This document shows positions 37,441 through 46,977 of a stretch of DNA of 60,484 bases, piece by piece. The stretch is taken from the IMG/VR virus record IMGVR_UViG_3300009120_000002, positions 1 through 60,484 of that record; one strand, written 5' to 3'. A model generated the notes under the pieces. The model searched no databases, was not told where the DNA came from, and worked only from the letters and a program-made list of their open reading frames with translations. This DNA is from a virus (Duplodnaviria > Caudoviricetes). Positions within the stretch are counted from its first letter, which is position 1, and every line of letters begins with the position of its first letter. The translations under genes and the position numbers were made by a program.

Positions 37441-38470
37441 GGGAACCATCAGGAAACGGAAAGGGAAACACGGGGTATCGTACCGGGCCGAGATTGCCGT
37501 TGCCGGCGTGCGAAAGTCGGCAACATTCGACACGCAATCTCAGGCGATGGCATGGATCGAGGAGACAGAGGGACTGTTGAGGTCAGGTCAACCGCTCCCC
37601 GGTGAGCTGCCGGTCGGTGACATGGACTTCCGATCAGCGGTAGAGAAATACACGCAAGCGGTGGCACTGAGGAAGAAGCAGAACACCAGGCGCCTGGACC
37701 AGGAGATAGGTCGGCGCCTGATCGGGTTCTTTGGTGGACGGTCGCTGGCGGAAATCACGGCCAGAGATGTGGTCGAGTACCGGGATTACCGGCTGCAATC
37801 GGTTGGCCCGGCGTCAATAATCCATGATCTGAGTTTCCTTTCATGCCTGTATCGGATGGCCAGGGTAGAATGGGAGCTGCAGGTTGAGGATCCAGGGCGG
37901 GACATCAGGAAGCCGTCAGCGCCTCGCCATAGGTTGGTCGTGCTCACGCCCGGGCAGATAGGCGCCTTGCTCGATTACTGCTGTGTGTCAAGATCTGAGC
38001 GTCTGTACTGCTACGTGCTGCTCCTGTTGCATACTGCCATGCGACCGTCAGAAGCTGCCGGCCTGCGGTGGGACCAGGTGCACGATTCGATCATCGATCT
38101 GACCGAGACCAAGACGGATCCGCGCCGGGTGCCGATGACATTGGAGATCAAGGCGTTGCTGCTTAAAATGCACAGGGAAGGAAGGTATGTCTTCCTTAGA
38201 GAACCATTGTCGCAGCAGGTCAAGGACCAGCCGTACCGGTTTTTTCGGAAAGCGTTTGAAAACGCCTGCAGGGAAGCCGGGCTGAATGGGTTCAGCCTCT
38301 ATGGGCTGCGCCACTCGGCCGCCAGTTACCTGATTATGAACGGGGTTGATATCCGGACCGTTGCCGAGATCATGGGGCACCGCAACATCTCACAGACGAT
38401 GCGGTACACCCACTTTCTCGATGCGCACAGGATTGAGGCTATTCAGGCGATTGGAGGGCTGGGGAAATAG
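37439..38470 (+). CDS. int: Tyrosine recombinase (phage integrase)
   Basis: N-terminal arm-binding MGTIRKR..YRAEI; catalytic TAMRPSE, TK, YGLRHS, MGH and TMRY; adjacent to att. Confidence 0.93.
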   Translation: MGTIRKRKGKHGVSYRAEIAVAGVRKSATFDTQSQAMAWIEETEGLLRSGQPLPGELPVGDMDFRSAVEKYTQAVALRKKQNTRRLDQEIGRRLIGFFGGRSLAEITARDVVEYRDYRLQSVGPASIIHDLSFLSCLYRMARVEWELQVEDPGRDIRKPSAPRHRLVVLTPGQIGALLDYCCVSRSERLYCYVLLLLHTAMRPSEAAGLRWDQVHDSIIDLTETKTDPRRVPMTLEIKALLLKMHREGRYVFLREPLSQQVKDQPYRFFRKAFENACREAGLNGFSLYGLRHSAASYLIMNGVDIRTVAEIMGHRNISQTMRYTHFLDAHRIEAIQAIGGLGK

Positions 38471-39011
38471 CCGTGGCGAACTGTTTAAACTCATCGTTGC
38501 GCGTGGATATCCATGGATCCCAGGACAGCCCGTTGATCCAGTCGAAATCGCCGGTGTAGCCTACGTGAGGAGCATTGATGTCCCGCCACTCCTTGTTCAG
38601 ATAGAGCATGAACCAGGAGCTGACCGGTGGCCATTTGTGTGTTGGGTCGCCATAAGCCCGGGCATTGCTCCAGTCGGGTGCAATGATAAGTGCTTTCGCT
38701 GACGGTTTTAATATCCGATACAACTCATTGAAGAATGTAATACGCTCTTCGCCGGTCAGGTGTTCGATGACGTGAGCACAATACACCTCGTCAACTGAGC
38801 TATCAACGATGTGCCAGCCTAACTCCGGTTCGGTCTCATCAAAATATTGGCCCCATTCTGGTACTGGAAAACTGTGGCAACACCAAGTATTAGCTCTAAA
38901 ATCCATCACATAATCAACACCATCAAAAGAGATCTGATCGATCCCGATAAAAGGGTGTTCATCAATTGATGTGGTCTTGTTTTTGCCGCATCCTAAATCT
39001 AATTTCAGCAT
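38439..39011 (-). CDS. Class I SAM-dependent methyltransferase (C-terminus overlaps the int end)
   Basis: KLDLGCG, VDEVYCAHVIEHL, ELYRILKP and DPTH motifs. Confidence 0.85.
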   Translation of the reverse strand: MLKLDLGCGKNKTTSIDEHPFIGIDQISFDGVDYVMDFRANTWCCHSFPVPEWGQYFDETEPELGWHIVDSSVDEVYCAHVIEHLTGEERITFFNELYRILKPSAKALIIAPDWSNARAYGDPTHKWPPVSSWFMLYLNKEWRDINAPHVGYTGDFDWINGLSWDPWISTRNDEFKQFATAISPALQSPE

Positions 39012-39019
39012 GGCTCCTC

Positions 39020-39739
39020 CTACCATGTAATGTCGGTAGCCACGTCGTAGTGACCTACCAATACTCGATTATCGATCGCGCACCGATAACCGTACTTTCG
39101 GGCATCGCCCCAGAAATACAAATCCTGAGTGCCAACGCCTTGGCCCTCGCTGCCATTCAGCGTCTTGAACCACGGTCTGCGCAGTCGGGTGTCCTTGAAC
39201 ATCTCCAGGCGCCACAAATTGAACCCCATCCCGGTCCCGCAACACTCCTGCACCTCTCCAGGCCGTGGAACCTGTGGCCGGAAATTCAACTGCGGGTCTT
39301 TCGGATCACCCCAGATCTGAGGAACTCCAGACTCGCCCTTGGTCCAGTACAGCCCTCCGACGCATGCAAATTCCGGGTGAGCCTCCATGGTCTCGATGAG
39401 CTTCGGCACCCCGTCCCACGGTGGAATGTTGTCGTGCTCGACGGTCAGGATGTACTCCCACAGGCCCAGATCGGGATGCGCCAGAATACCCTCAATCGCG
39501 TCGCTGTAAGCCTGCCCAACTTCCATGCCCAGAGCAGCGATCCTGTACACCTGTTGATTCGGCGGGAACGCCAAGGACCAGAAGGCCATCGCTGCTTTGG
39601 TTGGCATGCTGGCCGCTGCTGGGATAATCAGGACGATCCGCTGTTTTTTCCAACTACCTCCCTCAAGTATTCTCCTGCCGCTTTCTTCCAGCGAGGCGTT
39701 GTGTCTGCCCTCATCGAGGGATACAAACTGTGGTTTCAT
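39020..39739 (-). CDS. GT-A-fold (family-2-like) glycosyltransferase
   Basis: YILTVEHDNIPP (DxD-like), VGGLYW, GTGMGF.L, PWF, QDLYF and VGHYD motifs. Confidence 0.7.
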   Translation of the reverse strand: MKPQFVSLDEGRHNASLEESGRRILEGGSWKKQRIVLIIPAAASMPTKAAMAFWSLAFPPNQQVYRIAALGMEVGQAYSDAIEGILAHPDLGLWEYILTVEHDNIPPWDGVPKLIETMEAHPEFACVGGLYWTKGESGVPQIWGDPKDPQLNFRPQVPRPGEVQECCGTGMGFNLWRLEMFKDTRLRRPWFKTLNGSEGQGVGTQDLYFWGDARKYGYRCAIDNRVLVGHYDVATDITW

Positions 39740-40495
39740 TTACACTCCTATCCACGCTATTATTTGTCCACTTTTGAGCCAAACTGTTTCAGGCTCATAG
39801 ATTTGCCACGGGTTGTTGGAGATGGAGCGGACTTCTTCCGGAGTCAAGGTGCGGGAATAGACTATAGCGAAGTCCGTTGAACCGTTCCACTGGTATTGCC
39901 AATAGCCATCACCGGGATCGTAGATGCACCCAACGGCCACCCCGCCCGTGGCGTCGATATTCGCCGTCGAACTGGTATTGTCCGTTATTATGCGTTTTCC
40001 GTCGCAGTAGAGGTTTGTTTTAGTTCCGGTTGGCGCGTAAGTTGCGGCTAAAACATGGTAGGTGTTCAACGGCCAAGTAACCCCGTTGTTGATTGGATAA
40101 CCCCAAAATCCTACACAGTAATTCTGCCCATTATCAATACCTATATACAGGATTCCCCTGTCTGTATTTGTTTTGCCCACCCCTGCAAGCATACAATAGT
40201 CGCTATCATGGGACGTAAGTATCCCGCCAGCAACCAGTGTGATAGGGCAATTGCCAGAAAGAGGAGCTTTAAGATTGGTGGTAGACCTAAACCTACCATT
40301 TTCCAACCCTTTTGGGCCTATTGTGCCAGCCACCTTGCTTAAAGTGTATCGTGATCCGACGATAAAACTTCCGCCTTGTTCATTTACAGCGAAAGCGTCC
40401 ACCAATCCCTGCACACTCCAATGACCATCGGAGCGCAGAGGAGTGCAGGCGGGGGGCTTGCTGGTGCGGTCGATCTTGAGAGGGATAAAAGCCAT
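39740..40495 (-). CDS. LamG/concanavalin-A-like lectin domain protein
   Basis: YHVLAATY, LYCDG, WNGS....IVYSR.LT.EEV..I..NPW pattern; AT-richer core. Confidence 0.7.
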   Translation of the reverse strand: MAFIPLKIDRTSKPPACTPLRSDGHWSVQGLVDAFAVNEQGGSFIVGSRYTLSKVAGTIGPKGLENGRFRSTTNLKAPLSGNCPITLVAGGILTSHDSDYCMLAGVGKTNTDRGILYIGIDNGQNYCVGFWGYPINNGVTWPLNTYHVLAATYAPTGTKTNLYCDGKRIITDNTSSTANIDATGGVAVGCIYDPGDGYWQYQWNGSTDFAIVYSRTLTPEEVRSISNNPWQIYEPETVWLKSGQIIAWIGV

Positions 40496-40501
40496 GGCTT
40501 A

Positions 40502-40897
40502 TCAGACCGAGATTCCGTTCTTTCTGGCGAAGACATTTGGGGTATAGCTGCCTGCTGTAGTGCCGCCTTTACGAACATCCACCCTGTATTTGTAGACGTT
40601 GCTCAGAACGACAGTTCGGCGTACATACGCGCTGGCAGTGAAGGGGACGACGCCAGATATGAAGGCCACTGTGTCATCATCTTCCTCCGTTACGTCTAGC
40701 GTTGTGATCACTCTGAAGAACATATCAGCACCAGTCGAACCAAATAATGCCTGAATCTGGAGCACTACCGATTCTCCAGGGTTGAGCGTGTCCCATTGGG
40801 TAGTGTGATTGGCCGCGATATAATCGTCATCCACATTGGTTGTCTCGCTGAGAGCCGTATTGAGTCCGGTCAGAGTTGCTTTCGATCCCCAGGCCAT
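40502..40897 (-). CDS. Hypothetical beta-sandwich virion/fibre accessory protein
   Basis: 131 aa, AGGAG SD. Confidence 0.55.
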   Translation of the reverse strand: MAWGSKATLTGLNTALSETTNVDDDYIAANHTTQWDTLNPGESVVLQIQALFGSTGADMFFRVITTLDVTEEDDDTVAFISGVVPFTASAYVRRTVVLSNVYKYRVDVRKGGTTAGSYTPNVFARKNGISV

Positions 40898-40930
40898 GGT
40901 TATTCTCCTGTTACTGTTAGTTCAATCACG

Positions 40931-43900
40931 CTATCTGGATATCAATGTACACATTGGCATGATGGTAAAGGTGTTGGCGATTGCGCTCATGGGCATTGAT
41001 GCCGGCAGTGCTGTGCCACTATAGCCAGCAGAACCTGTCGAGGAGGCGACACCCCAGCCCCACTTAAATGACGCATTTGCGCCGACAGTAAAGGCCGCGG
41101 TACTGGAACCGATAGGGCCAGCGCTCTGTGCAGCGCCCATGATGTTGCCGGCCAGGGCTGGAACAAGGCCGATATTGGCCGACGATGAGGACATCCTCTG
41201 CAGGAATCCCAACCAGTACAGACCTTCGGTCAAGGTCACGGCACTGCTGAAACCGAATGTCATGATTCGGTTTCCAGCCGTTCCCCAAAGAGACTGTGCA
41301 GCCGCCGTGGCTGTCGCGGTCGCGGTCGTGTAGGTGTATCCACCCGCCGTACCATGGGTGCTGGGGAAAGAAAGCGTAGCCGAAGCGCCAGAACCCGTCA
41401 TCGCCAGGGAGTACGACCCTGACCTGATACTACTCAATGTCCCAGCGTTGTTGCTGAATAACCCGAACAAGTGCGAGATCGTCTGCTGGCCAGATACCGA
41501 CGAGGATATCCAGGAGCAGGTCATCAGTTGCTCGATACGGTTTATCGCAACATTGCCGACGATTGAGAGCGGCCAGAAGAACGCGGACGCTGTCGATGTT
41601 CCTGTCGCGCCCATCGTCTGGTTGCCGGTTGAGGCTGGGTAATAGGGGATGTAGGCAGAGCCGGTATGCCCACCGCCCCCAGCGGCAGCGGCAGAAATGG
41701 TGATTGTGTTCCCGTTTGGCGTGATGGTCAGGTTGATGCCCGACAAGCTGGACGTTGCCGGTACACTGAGGTCAAATCTTTGACCTGTGTTACTGGCGAT
41801 TGTCAAGGCCCCGCCACCTACTGAGAGCGCTACTGTACCGGAGGTATAGGTTGTCTGGCTGTTCTGGATAGCGACCCCGCCGCCAGCACCGGCAGCAGCC
41901 GATGCCGTGATAGTCGACCCACTCAGCCCGAAACTGACCCCATTGCTATTGTTGAACTGGATGGTTTGCAGGTTGCCGCTCGTCGTTCCTGCAGATACGT
42001 TGACCGCACCACCGCCACCAGGAGCCGCTGCAGACAAGGATAACGTGAGGCCTGCGCTTCCGCTGGCAGTTGTCCCTGATAGATTGGTCAGGTTGAGAGT
42101 TGGGTTGCCATGCGAGTGCGTTGAATTGGCGAAGGTGTTGTTGCTGGTATAGAAGTAGTTGCCACGCTCGGCAGTGCTCATGTAGTTGCTGGTCATGCCA
42201 GACTGCATGGCAGTGGTCAGCCATGCCGGATGGCTCATGCTCATCGAGAGGCCGAGGGTGTTGTGGGTCAGGGTTGCGCTGATCGAGCCGCCCGTAAAGC
42301 CACTGCCAGTGCCTGCAAAAGCACTGCTGGCATTGCTCGCCATCGCGGTCGTCAAGTACGCACCAGCACTCTGCAGGGCCGTCGTTATATTGCTCGCCAA
42401 ACCAAGAGTCGTTGATACTCCATTGACAGAACTGGACAGGCTGGAACCAACAGCACGACTCAGTGCTCCAGTCTGCCCATTAAACGAGACCATGCCCTGA
42501 GTCTGGACAGACTGCGCGAAGGTAGCGGTGGCAGTGATCGTCGAGCCGTTAAGGCCAAAAGAGACGTTGTTCGAGTTGCTGAACGAGGTGGCTCCAGGGA
42601 TGGTTGGCACGGTGTAACTGGCGGTGATCTGATTGCTGCCGCTCATCCCGAAGGAAATTCCATTGGAATTGGCAAATGCCACGGTTCCGGTGCTGACCGA
42701 CTGCGTTCCGGCACTGAGAGCTGCGCCACCGCCGCCGACCGGCGCCGCCGCTGAAAGTGACAAGGTAAATCCACCGGAGCCGCTCGCAGTTGTCCCGCTA
42801 ATATTGGTTAGATTGAGGGAAGGGTTGCCGTGGCTATGCGAGGAAAAGCTGGTGCCGAGCAGTTGGGTGCTGTTTGCCGCCGGAAATGCCGCAGCCGTGA
42901 TCGCAGAGGTCGCAGTGGTGTGTTGGAATAGGCTGCTGTTGGCAGTGGCAATGTTGTTGGTGGTTATGTTCGAGGCCGCGTAGTTGGTGGCGACCGTGGC
43001 GTAGACGCCCTGTGTCCCGGTGCTGAAACTCACCCCGCCGCTATTAGCTAGTGTCAGAGTGGAGAAGTTGTACGATCCGTTTGCTGCCGAGACAGCTACA
43101 GGCTGCACGGTTTGAGCCGGGACAATAGCGGACAGGGAAAGGTTGATGCCAGCGCTGTTTCCACCGGTCGTGCCGTTGAGGTTCGTCAGGTTGAGCGTAA
43201 CGCCGTGGCTGTGGCCGCTTTGCGCCGCAGTAGTGAGATACTGTCCATGGACATGATCGGATAGCGCTGCGGTCGTCAGGTAGGCTCCAGGAGGTTGAGC
43301 TGTTGTCAAGAACGCAGGAAAGTGTAGAGACAAACCAGAACTGTTGGCGCTCATAGAGACACCATTAGCAGTCAGGGCAGTGTTCAGCCCGATCGCGTCG
43401 TTGCTGGCCCGGGCCGTAGTGAGATAACCGGCATGGGTGTGCGTCGAGTTTGCAGCCGTGGTCAAAAATGCTGGGACACTTAGAGAGATACCACTGGAGT
43501 TGATGGTCGCCAGAACACCGTTTCCGGTCAGCGCTGAGTTAAGACCAACGAAGTTGCTGCCAGCGTTGCTCGCCATGGCGGTGGTGAGGTACGCACCTGC
43601 GTTCAGCGACAGTCCTCCACTGCCCACGGTCCAGGTGACGTTTGTCGCAGCGGTGTTGAGCCCGATCGCGTCGTTGCTGGCCCGGGCCGTGGTCAATGCG
43701 TTGTGGCTCGCTGTGATCCGCGTCGAGCCCGACATGCCAAAGCTGATCCCGTTCTCGTTACTGAAGAGGACCGACCCGGCCGTGGTCGCTGTTTGCGTAC
43801 CGGCCGCCAGGATATTGTACCCGTCGGCACCCCCTCCTCCTGCTGCTGCCGATAGGCTCAAGGTCAGCCCGTTGCTGTTGCTGGCCGTGGTTCCGGACAG

Positions 43901-44929
43901 GTTGGTCAGCGCCAGAGTGGGGTTGCCGTGGCTGTGGTTTGATTGCGCTGCGGTCGTCAGCCCGTTGTGCGAGGCGGTGATTGTGTTGCCGTTGGCGCCG
44001 AAGCTGATGCCGTTTGAGTTGGAGAAAACAGCGGTGCCGCTGGTCATCTGCGTGGTGCCAGCGGAAAGCCCGGAGATCCCGGTCTGTGCCCCGCCTGCAT
44101 TAGCCCCGCTTATCGTGACTGCGTTCCCGTTCTGGCTCAGGGTTATGTTGTTGCCGCCAGCCAAGGTGAGCACCCCGCTGCTGACCTGGGCCATAACGCC
44201 AGCGGTGTTGCCAGAGAGAGTGGCGTTGAAGCGACTCTGGGTCTGCACGCTCTGCGCAGCAACCGACAGGGAAAGGCCGTTGCTTGCCGAGGTGACCGAG
44301 ATATTGGTTGTGGCGACGGCGCCGTGGCTATGGGTGCTGTTGGCGAAGGTGTTGCCGGCCGTTGCTCCAGCGTTGCTGGCCATTGCTGTTGTGAGGTACT
44401 GGCCATGAACATGATCCGACAGGGCAGCCGTGGTGAGGTATTGGCCGTGGACGTGGTTCGACTGCGCTGCCGTCGTCAGGCCGTTGTGGCTCGCGGTGAC
44501 AGTGCTGCCATTGGTGCCAAAGCTGATGCCACCACCATCGCTGAAAACAAAAGCGCTCTGCGGCTGCACAGACTGGCTGAATGACGCGGAAGCAGTAATG
44601 GTGCTCCCAGCCTTGCCAAATGTCACGTTGTTGGCGTTACTGAACGAGAGAAACTCCCCACCACCGCCACCGCCCGCAGCACTGGCAGTGATTGTGCTCC
44701 CAGACAGACCAAACGAAACCCCGTTGCTGTTCCCGAACACTAGAGTTCTGGGGTTTGCTAGGGCAGAGGATCCGGCGCTGATCGCAGCGATAGCCCCTGA
44801 CATCGCCATGGTCATCAGCACTTGCCGGACCGACTGGCTGAGAGGGGCTGATACTACAATGGAGTCCCCATTGATTGGGACTGTAGCGCCTCGGCTCGTC
44901 AGAGAGACTGGACAGGTGATATTACCCAT
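40931..44929 (-). CDS. Long repetitive Ser/Thr/Gly/Ala/Asn-rich fibre protein
   Basis: 1332 aa with many F.N.NG(V/I)SFG..GSTITA, YLTTA and HxH (HSH/HVH/HTH) repeats, almost no charged residues, and a distinct C-terminal domain. Confidence 0.7.
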   Translation of the reverse strand: MGNITCPVSLTSRGATVPINGDSIVVSAPLSQSVRQVLMTMAMSGAIAAISAGSSALANPRTLVFGNSNGVSFGLSGSTITASAAGGGGGGEFLSFSNANNVTFGKAGSTITASASFSQSVQPQSAFVFSDGGGISFGTNGSTVTASHNGLTTAAQSNHVHGQYLTTAALSDHVHGQYLTTAMASNAGATAGNTFANSTHSHGAVATTNISVTSASNGLSLSVAAQSVQTQSRFNATLSGNTAGVMAQVSSGVLTLAGGNNITLSQNGNAVTISGANAGGAQTGISGLSAGTTQMTSGTAVFSNSNGISFGANGNTITASHNGLTTAAQSNHSHGNPTLALTNLSGTTASNSNGLTLSLSAAAGGGGADGYNILAAGTQTATTAGSVLFSNENGISFGMSGSTRITASHNALTTARASNDAIGLNTAATNVTWTVGSGGLSLNAGAYLTTAMASNAGSNFVGLNSALTGNGVLATINSSGISLSVPAFLTTAANSTHTHAGYLTTARASNDAIGLNTALTANGVSMSANSSGLSLHFPAFLTTAQPPGAYLTTAALSDHVHGQYLTTAAQSGHSHGVTLNLTNLNGTTGGNSAGINLSLSAIVPAQTVQPVAVSAANGSYNFSTLTLANSGGVSFSTGTQGVYATVATNYAASNITTNNIATANSSLFQHTTATSAITAAAFPAANSTQLLGTSFSSHSHGNPSLNLTNISGTTASGSGGFTLSLSAAAPVGGGGAALSAGTQSVSTGTVAFANSNGISFGMSGSNQITASYTVPTIPGATSFSNSNNVSFGLNGSTITATATFAQSVQTQGMVSFNGQTGALSRAVGSSLSSSVNGVSTTLGLASNITTALQSAGAYLTTAMASNASSAFAGTGSGFTGGSISATLTHNTLGLSMSMSHPAWLTTAMQSGMTSNYMSTAERGNYFYTSNNTFANSTHSHGNPTLNLTNLSGTTASGSAGLTLSLSAAAPGGGGAVNVSAGTTSGNLQTIQFNNSNGVSFGLSGSTITASAAAGAGGGVAIQNSQTTYTSGTVALSVGGGALTIASNTGQRFDLSVPATSSLSGINLTITPNGNTITISAAAAGGGGHTGSAYIPYYPASTGNQTMGATGTSTASAFFWPLSIVGNVAINRIEQLMTCSWISSSVSGQQTISHLFGLFSNNAGTLSSIRSGSYSLAMTGSGASATLSFPSTHGTAGGYTYTTATATATAAAQSLWGTAGNRIMTFGFSSAVTLTEGLYWLGFLQRMSSSSANIGLVPALAGNIMGAAQSAGPIGSSTAAFTVGANASFKWGWGVASSTGSAGYSGTALPASMPMSAIANTFTIMPMCTLISR
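43387..43690. repeat. Exact direct repeat of about 31 bp inside the fibre gene
   Basis: GCCCGATCGCGTCGTTGCTGGCCCGGGCCGT near 43387 and near 43660 (TARASNDAIG). Confidence 0.85.
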
Positions 44930-45296
44930 AGGTCTTATCCTTGGTCACTTTTATGGACCCCTGAAACCAGGTGGTCGGCATGCTGGAGGAGTCTGTCGTC
45001 TCAAAATCCAGCTCCCAGGTGCCGGCCTCCAGCGCGAGAAGCTGACGCGGAATTGCGAAAACATACGTGTTCGCGTTGACGATGGTGATGGTTCCCTGCC
45101 CTTGTCCCGGGTTGGAAGACAGTGCGTATCCAAGCACCCCGTCCTTGTCCCTGAAGTGCATGCGGCAGGAAACACAGGCCAAAGCTGGTGGCGTAGGCAC
45201 CCCGTTGACATCCTCAACGATTGGGCCGATTGTCATCCCGTCCCAGGCGTCTCCTCGGTAGTGCGGATCCATTGTGAGTTTCGGTGGTATGCCCAT
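44922..45296 (-). CDS. BppU-N-like fibre attachment protein
   Basis: Y.GD, G.W..D.E.T and T.FQG.I.V pattern; directly upstream of the fibre gene. Confidence 0.55.
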   Translation of the reverse strand: MGIPPKLTMDPHYRGDAWDGMTIGPIVEDVNGVPTPPALACVSCRMHFRDKDGVLGYALSSNPGQGQGTITIVNANTYVFAIPRQLLALEAGTWELDFETTDSSSMPTTWFQGSIKVTKDKTYG

Positions 45297-45306
45297 GGTT
45301 AACCTC

Positions 45307-45822
45307 TCAGCGCAGTGCGATAACAGTTCGAGATACCCACTCGCCCCGGTCGTTCCGGTAACCGGGGAGCACCCCCTCTTTGATCACCGTGCCAGGAGGA
45401 ACATCCTCCGAGGTCATCGTGGTTGAGGCGATCACATTTCCAGCAGCGGTCTTTCTGGACACCGTTTTGACAGTCAGTACCGTCAGTTTTAACCCGGAAG
45501 GCCCTGGACCATAATCGACAAGGTTGAATGGCGGGGAGTGGGGAGACTCTTTGCCGTCACTGAACAGGGCAGTCAGGGTGAAGGGAGTTGACGCCTTGAC
45601 CAGATCGACCGTGCACTCACCAGTGACGATAGCGGGGCCTGGAAATGTGCAGGCGAGAGTGCCTTCCTTATAGAGCTTGAACCCGGCTGTGGTAAGCCCT
45701 TGTGGAGGAATGTATTTGTCCCACTCAGCCTTGATTATGCGTTCGTAGGCGTTCACTGGCATTGAGGTGATTGCCCCGAGAAGCAGTACGGAGATAAAGA
45801 ACCATATTCGTGTCGGTTTCAT
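45307..45822 (-). CDS. Secreted protein with an Fn3-like domain
   Basis: N-terminal signal peptide; W....GFKLY and F.LTA...G.ES..S pattern. Confidence 0.6.
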   Translation of the reverse strand: MKPTRIWFFISVLLLGAITSMPVNAYERIIKAEWDKYIPPQGLTTAGFKLYKEGTLACTFPGPAIVTGECTVDLVKASTPFTLTALFSDGKESPHSPPFNLVDYGPGPSGLKLTVLTVKTVSRKTAAGNVIASTTMTSEDVPPGTVIKEGVLPGYRNDRGEWVSRTVIALR

Positions 45823-46040
45823 GGGGTTTCCTCGACAGGTTGAATAAAAATAGCCCGATCAGGGCAGCAGGCCACCAGGCTGGACAAGGTGGATCCGTGT
45901 TCGGCAGTGGCCGGTCCGCTGATCAACAGGCGGCCATGACGTTCGACGTGCAGGGCCAGGCCAGGACGGATCGCCTCGCAGGCATGGCAGAGAGCCAGGC
46001 CCCGACAGTGCGTCTGATCGATGGTGAGCTGGTGGGTCAC
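45819..46040 (-). CDS. Ferredoxin-like small protein (73 aa)
   Basis: GTG overlaps the endolysin stop; IDQTHCRGLALCHACEAIRP...ACCPDRAI resembles single-cluster ferredoxins. Confidence 0.55.
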   Translation of the reverse strand: MTHQLTIDQTHCRGLALCHACEAIRPGLALHVERHGRLLISGPATAEHGSTLSSLVACCPDRAIFIQPVEETP

Positions 46041-46384
46041 TTCGATCCCTCGTGCTCGAGGCTGTAGTGGTTGCCGTCCTGGAAACGGCCACCCCAGGAA
46101 CCACCCTGGCTCTCCCACCACTCGCCAAGCTGCAGGTGGGCGGAAGAGTCGGTTAAAAACTTTCCGCCTTTGAACAGGTTGAGATCAATGGCCAACCGCA
46201 ATTTGTGGCATGATCTGCCCGCACCGTACCCTTGCTTGACGCCAAACTCTCCATGCAGGCGGGGGTCACGGTATGCATCGCCCAGAGTCACCTCGAACCC
46301 AAGGGCGTTGGCTTGATCGATCAACCGTGCCACCATCCTGGCGAAGCGCTGCTGCTTTTGACTGAGTGTTTCTCGCGAGTTCAT
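46037..46384 (-). CDS. Endolysin, peptidase M15 family
   Basis: GDAYR, SCHKLRLAIDL, WGG.F.D.NHYS zinc-peptidase motifs; start MNSRET with GGAGG SD. Confidence 0.85.
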   Translation of the reverse strand: MNSRETLSQKQQRFARMVARLIDQANALGFEVTLGDAYRDPRLHGEFGVKQGYGAGRSCHKLRLAIDLNLFKGGKFLTDSSAHLQLGEWWESQGGSWGGRFQDGNHYSLEHEGSK

Positions 46385-46767
46385 TGATCCCTCCGTTCTC
46401 CGTGCGGGGTTGGGGTTGAGAAGTCCTGACGCCGACGATCCATGCGCTCGAAAATAGCTTCCACGTCCTTCTGGGTCTCTCCATGCAACGCCACCAGTAC
46501 CGCCAACTCGGTGCGGATAGCCTGAAGGTGCGTGGAGCTGTTTAACGCATGCTGGTCGATGGCACCCTTGACAATGGCAGCGATATCCTCTTTCAGGGTC
46601 GCCTGGCATTGCGATTGCTTATGCTCAAGAAGAGTGACCCGCTGCTGTATCGACTCCATCATCCCACGGGCAATCCAGCCTCCGACTGCTGCGCCGCTCA
46701 ACATGGAGCCGGCAAGACCCACCACCCATTTCCACAAGGTCCAGTCGCTCGCCGGGTCAGCACTCAT
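46381..46767 (-). CDS. Single-TM coiled-coil protein (holin/antiholin-like)
   Basis: One N-terminal TM, a coiled coil and a DRR tail, upstream of the endolysin. Confidence 0.5.
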   Translation of the reverse strand: MSADPASDWTLWKWVVGLAGSMLSGAAVGGWIARGMMESIQQRVTLLEHKQSQCQATLKEDIAAIVKGAIDQHALNSSTHLQAIRTELAVLVALHGETQKDVEAIFERMDRRRQDFSTPTPHGERRDQ

Positions 46768-46961
46768 GTCCCCACCCTCCTGTCAGCGACCTTGCCGACA
46801 ACGCCATTAAGTACCTGCAGCAGTACCGAGACGATCAGGCTGCTGTTCAGTTCGGCTGGAGGGATATACATGGTGTTGGTACGGATCGAGATCGCCATCC
46901 AGGTGATCACGTAGGCCCCTGCGAACAACAGCACCACGATTTTCAGGCTTTGTGATTGCAT
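46764..46961 (-). CDS. Putative holin (2 TM)
   Basis: Two hydrophobic segments and a basic tail. Confidence 0.5.
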   Translation of the reverse strand: MQSQSLKIVVLLFAGAYVITWMAISIRTNTMYIPPAELNSSLIVSVLLQVLNGVVGKVADRRVGT

Positions 46962-46977
46962 CGGATGATACCCAGAA

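Noticed and set aside
38290-38320. Inactive integrase because HxxR reads YGLR
   Set aside because: This His is variable among tyrosine recombinases, the other catalytic residues are intact, and the attP arrangement is consistent with a working system.
38439-44929. Diversity-generating retroelement near the fibre
   Set aside because: No reverse transcriptase motifs and no adenine-variable repeat pair seen; the fibre repeats are in-frame coding duplications.
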